Shown here piece by piece: positions 31,407 through 32,000 of a stretch of 32,000 nucleotides of DNA. This DNA comes from Candidatus Saccharimonadota bacterium. GTDB lineage: Bacteria; Bacillota_I; Bacilli_A; Mycoplasmatales; Hepatoplasmataceae. Made by a program: the position numbers and the translations under genes. The notes beneath the pieces are model-generated. The model did not search any database, was not told the origin of the DNA, and saw only the letters and a list, made by a program, of their open reading frames with translations. The stretch spans positions 600,001-632,000 of the forward strand of contig AP027131.1 in assembly GCA_027925225.1 (NCBI GenBank). The letters are read 5' to 3'. Each line of letters starts with the position of its first letter. Positions within the stretch are counted from its first letter, which is position 1.

Positions 31407-32000
31407 ATGACAAAAATGAAAAATAATAATAATTTAACAGAAGAAAAATTTGTCAATGAATCAACAAAAATAAAAGAAGTTGATCCTAATAAAAAAAGGA
31501 AAAAGACAGGTTTTGATTTAGATAAATCTTCAACATGAAGTAATTTTTGAAGAATATGAATTCCAACAATAGTAACTCAATTAATTGCTGGAACTTTTAT
31601 TGTGTTTGACACAATGTTTATTGCTCATGGTTATCATAGTGGAAACATAGGGGATATATGAACATGAAATTCAGATGTTGCTTATGCTGCGATTGGTCCT
31701 AGTGGTACCGCTTTTGCAATGCCTTATACATTATTGATGGTTTCTATGGGGCTTTTAATAGGTGGGGGAATTTCTATTAAAGTAATCAAACAAAAAGCAG
31801 TTGGTGATGATGAAGGTGCAAAAAAAACAATGAATAACCTTACTCCAATTGTTTTAATGTATGGTCTTGTAATGACAGGAGTTTTCTTTATAGGAGCAAA
31901 GTTTTTTATATGGCTAGGTTCTGGTTTTCAAACTGTATTTCTTGATAATTGATTTAATAATCCTCTACTTAATTCAGATTGAAATGGTTCAATTACTGAT
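31407..32000 (+). CDS. MATE-family-like efflux transporter, 5' part (runs off the window)
   Basis: ATG 31407 is in frame with track ORF 31719-31952 via TGA codons. The N-terminal pattern FWRIWIPTIVTQLIAGTFIVFDTMFIAHG is typical of MATE TM1. Confidence 0.55.

Overview
This window is a very AT-rich, Mollicutes-type chromosome segment that must be read with genetic code 4 (TGA=Trp). The supplied standard-code ORF track splits almost every conserved gene at TGA codons. The pieces rejoin in one frame once TGA is read through, as I checked triplet by triplet for folA, oppB/C/D/F, whiA, trxB, lgt, argS, gltX, ychF, parB and the HD hydrolase.

Layout:
- 1-22260 is a nearly gap-free minus-strand run of housekeeping genes. 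It holds folA, a degenerate PTS EIIB/EIIC set, oppBCDF, an ECF-S-like protein, whiA, trxB, lgt, argS, an HD hydrolase, gltX, a DUF4065/Panacea-like two-gene module, ychF, parB and parA.
- 22261-29185 is an accessory island with no housekeeping homologs. On the minus strand it carries seven tandem monocistronic paralogs (about 350-bp period) of an 80-87 aa two-TM protein with conserved ends and a hypervariable loop. Each paralog is followed by its own hairpin terminator, and one copy is frameshifted. Transcribed divergently on the plus strand is an operon for a 652-aa protein that, from memory, matches the phi29 gp9 tail-knob (pore-forming tail tube) family. It is followed by two paralogous tail-fibre / tail-collar-like proteins and a 4-TM membrane protein, and ends at a 20-bp-stem terminator.
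- 29231-30458 is a minus-strand operon of 14 tRNAs, all with encoded CCA.
- 30672-32000 holds ktrA and the 5' part of a MATE-type transporter.

No capsid, portal, terminase, polymerase, integrase, transposase, rRNA or CRISPR is visible anywhere in the window. The island (phage tail module plus polymorphic small-membrane-protein array) is the best candidate for an undescribed system. The DUF4065-led pair at 18217-19431 is a second candidate, as a toxin-antitoxin or defence module. All homology statements rest on motif recognition by eye and need profile or structure searches.
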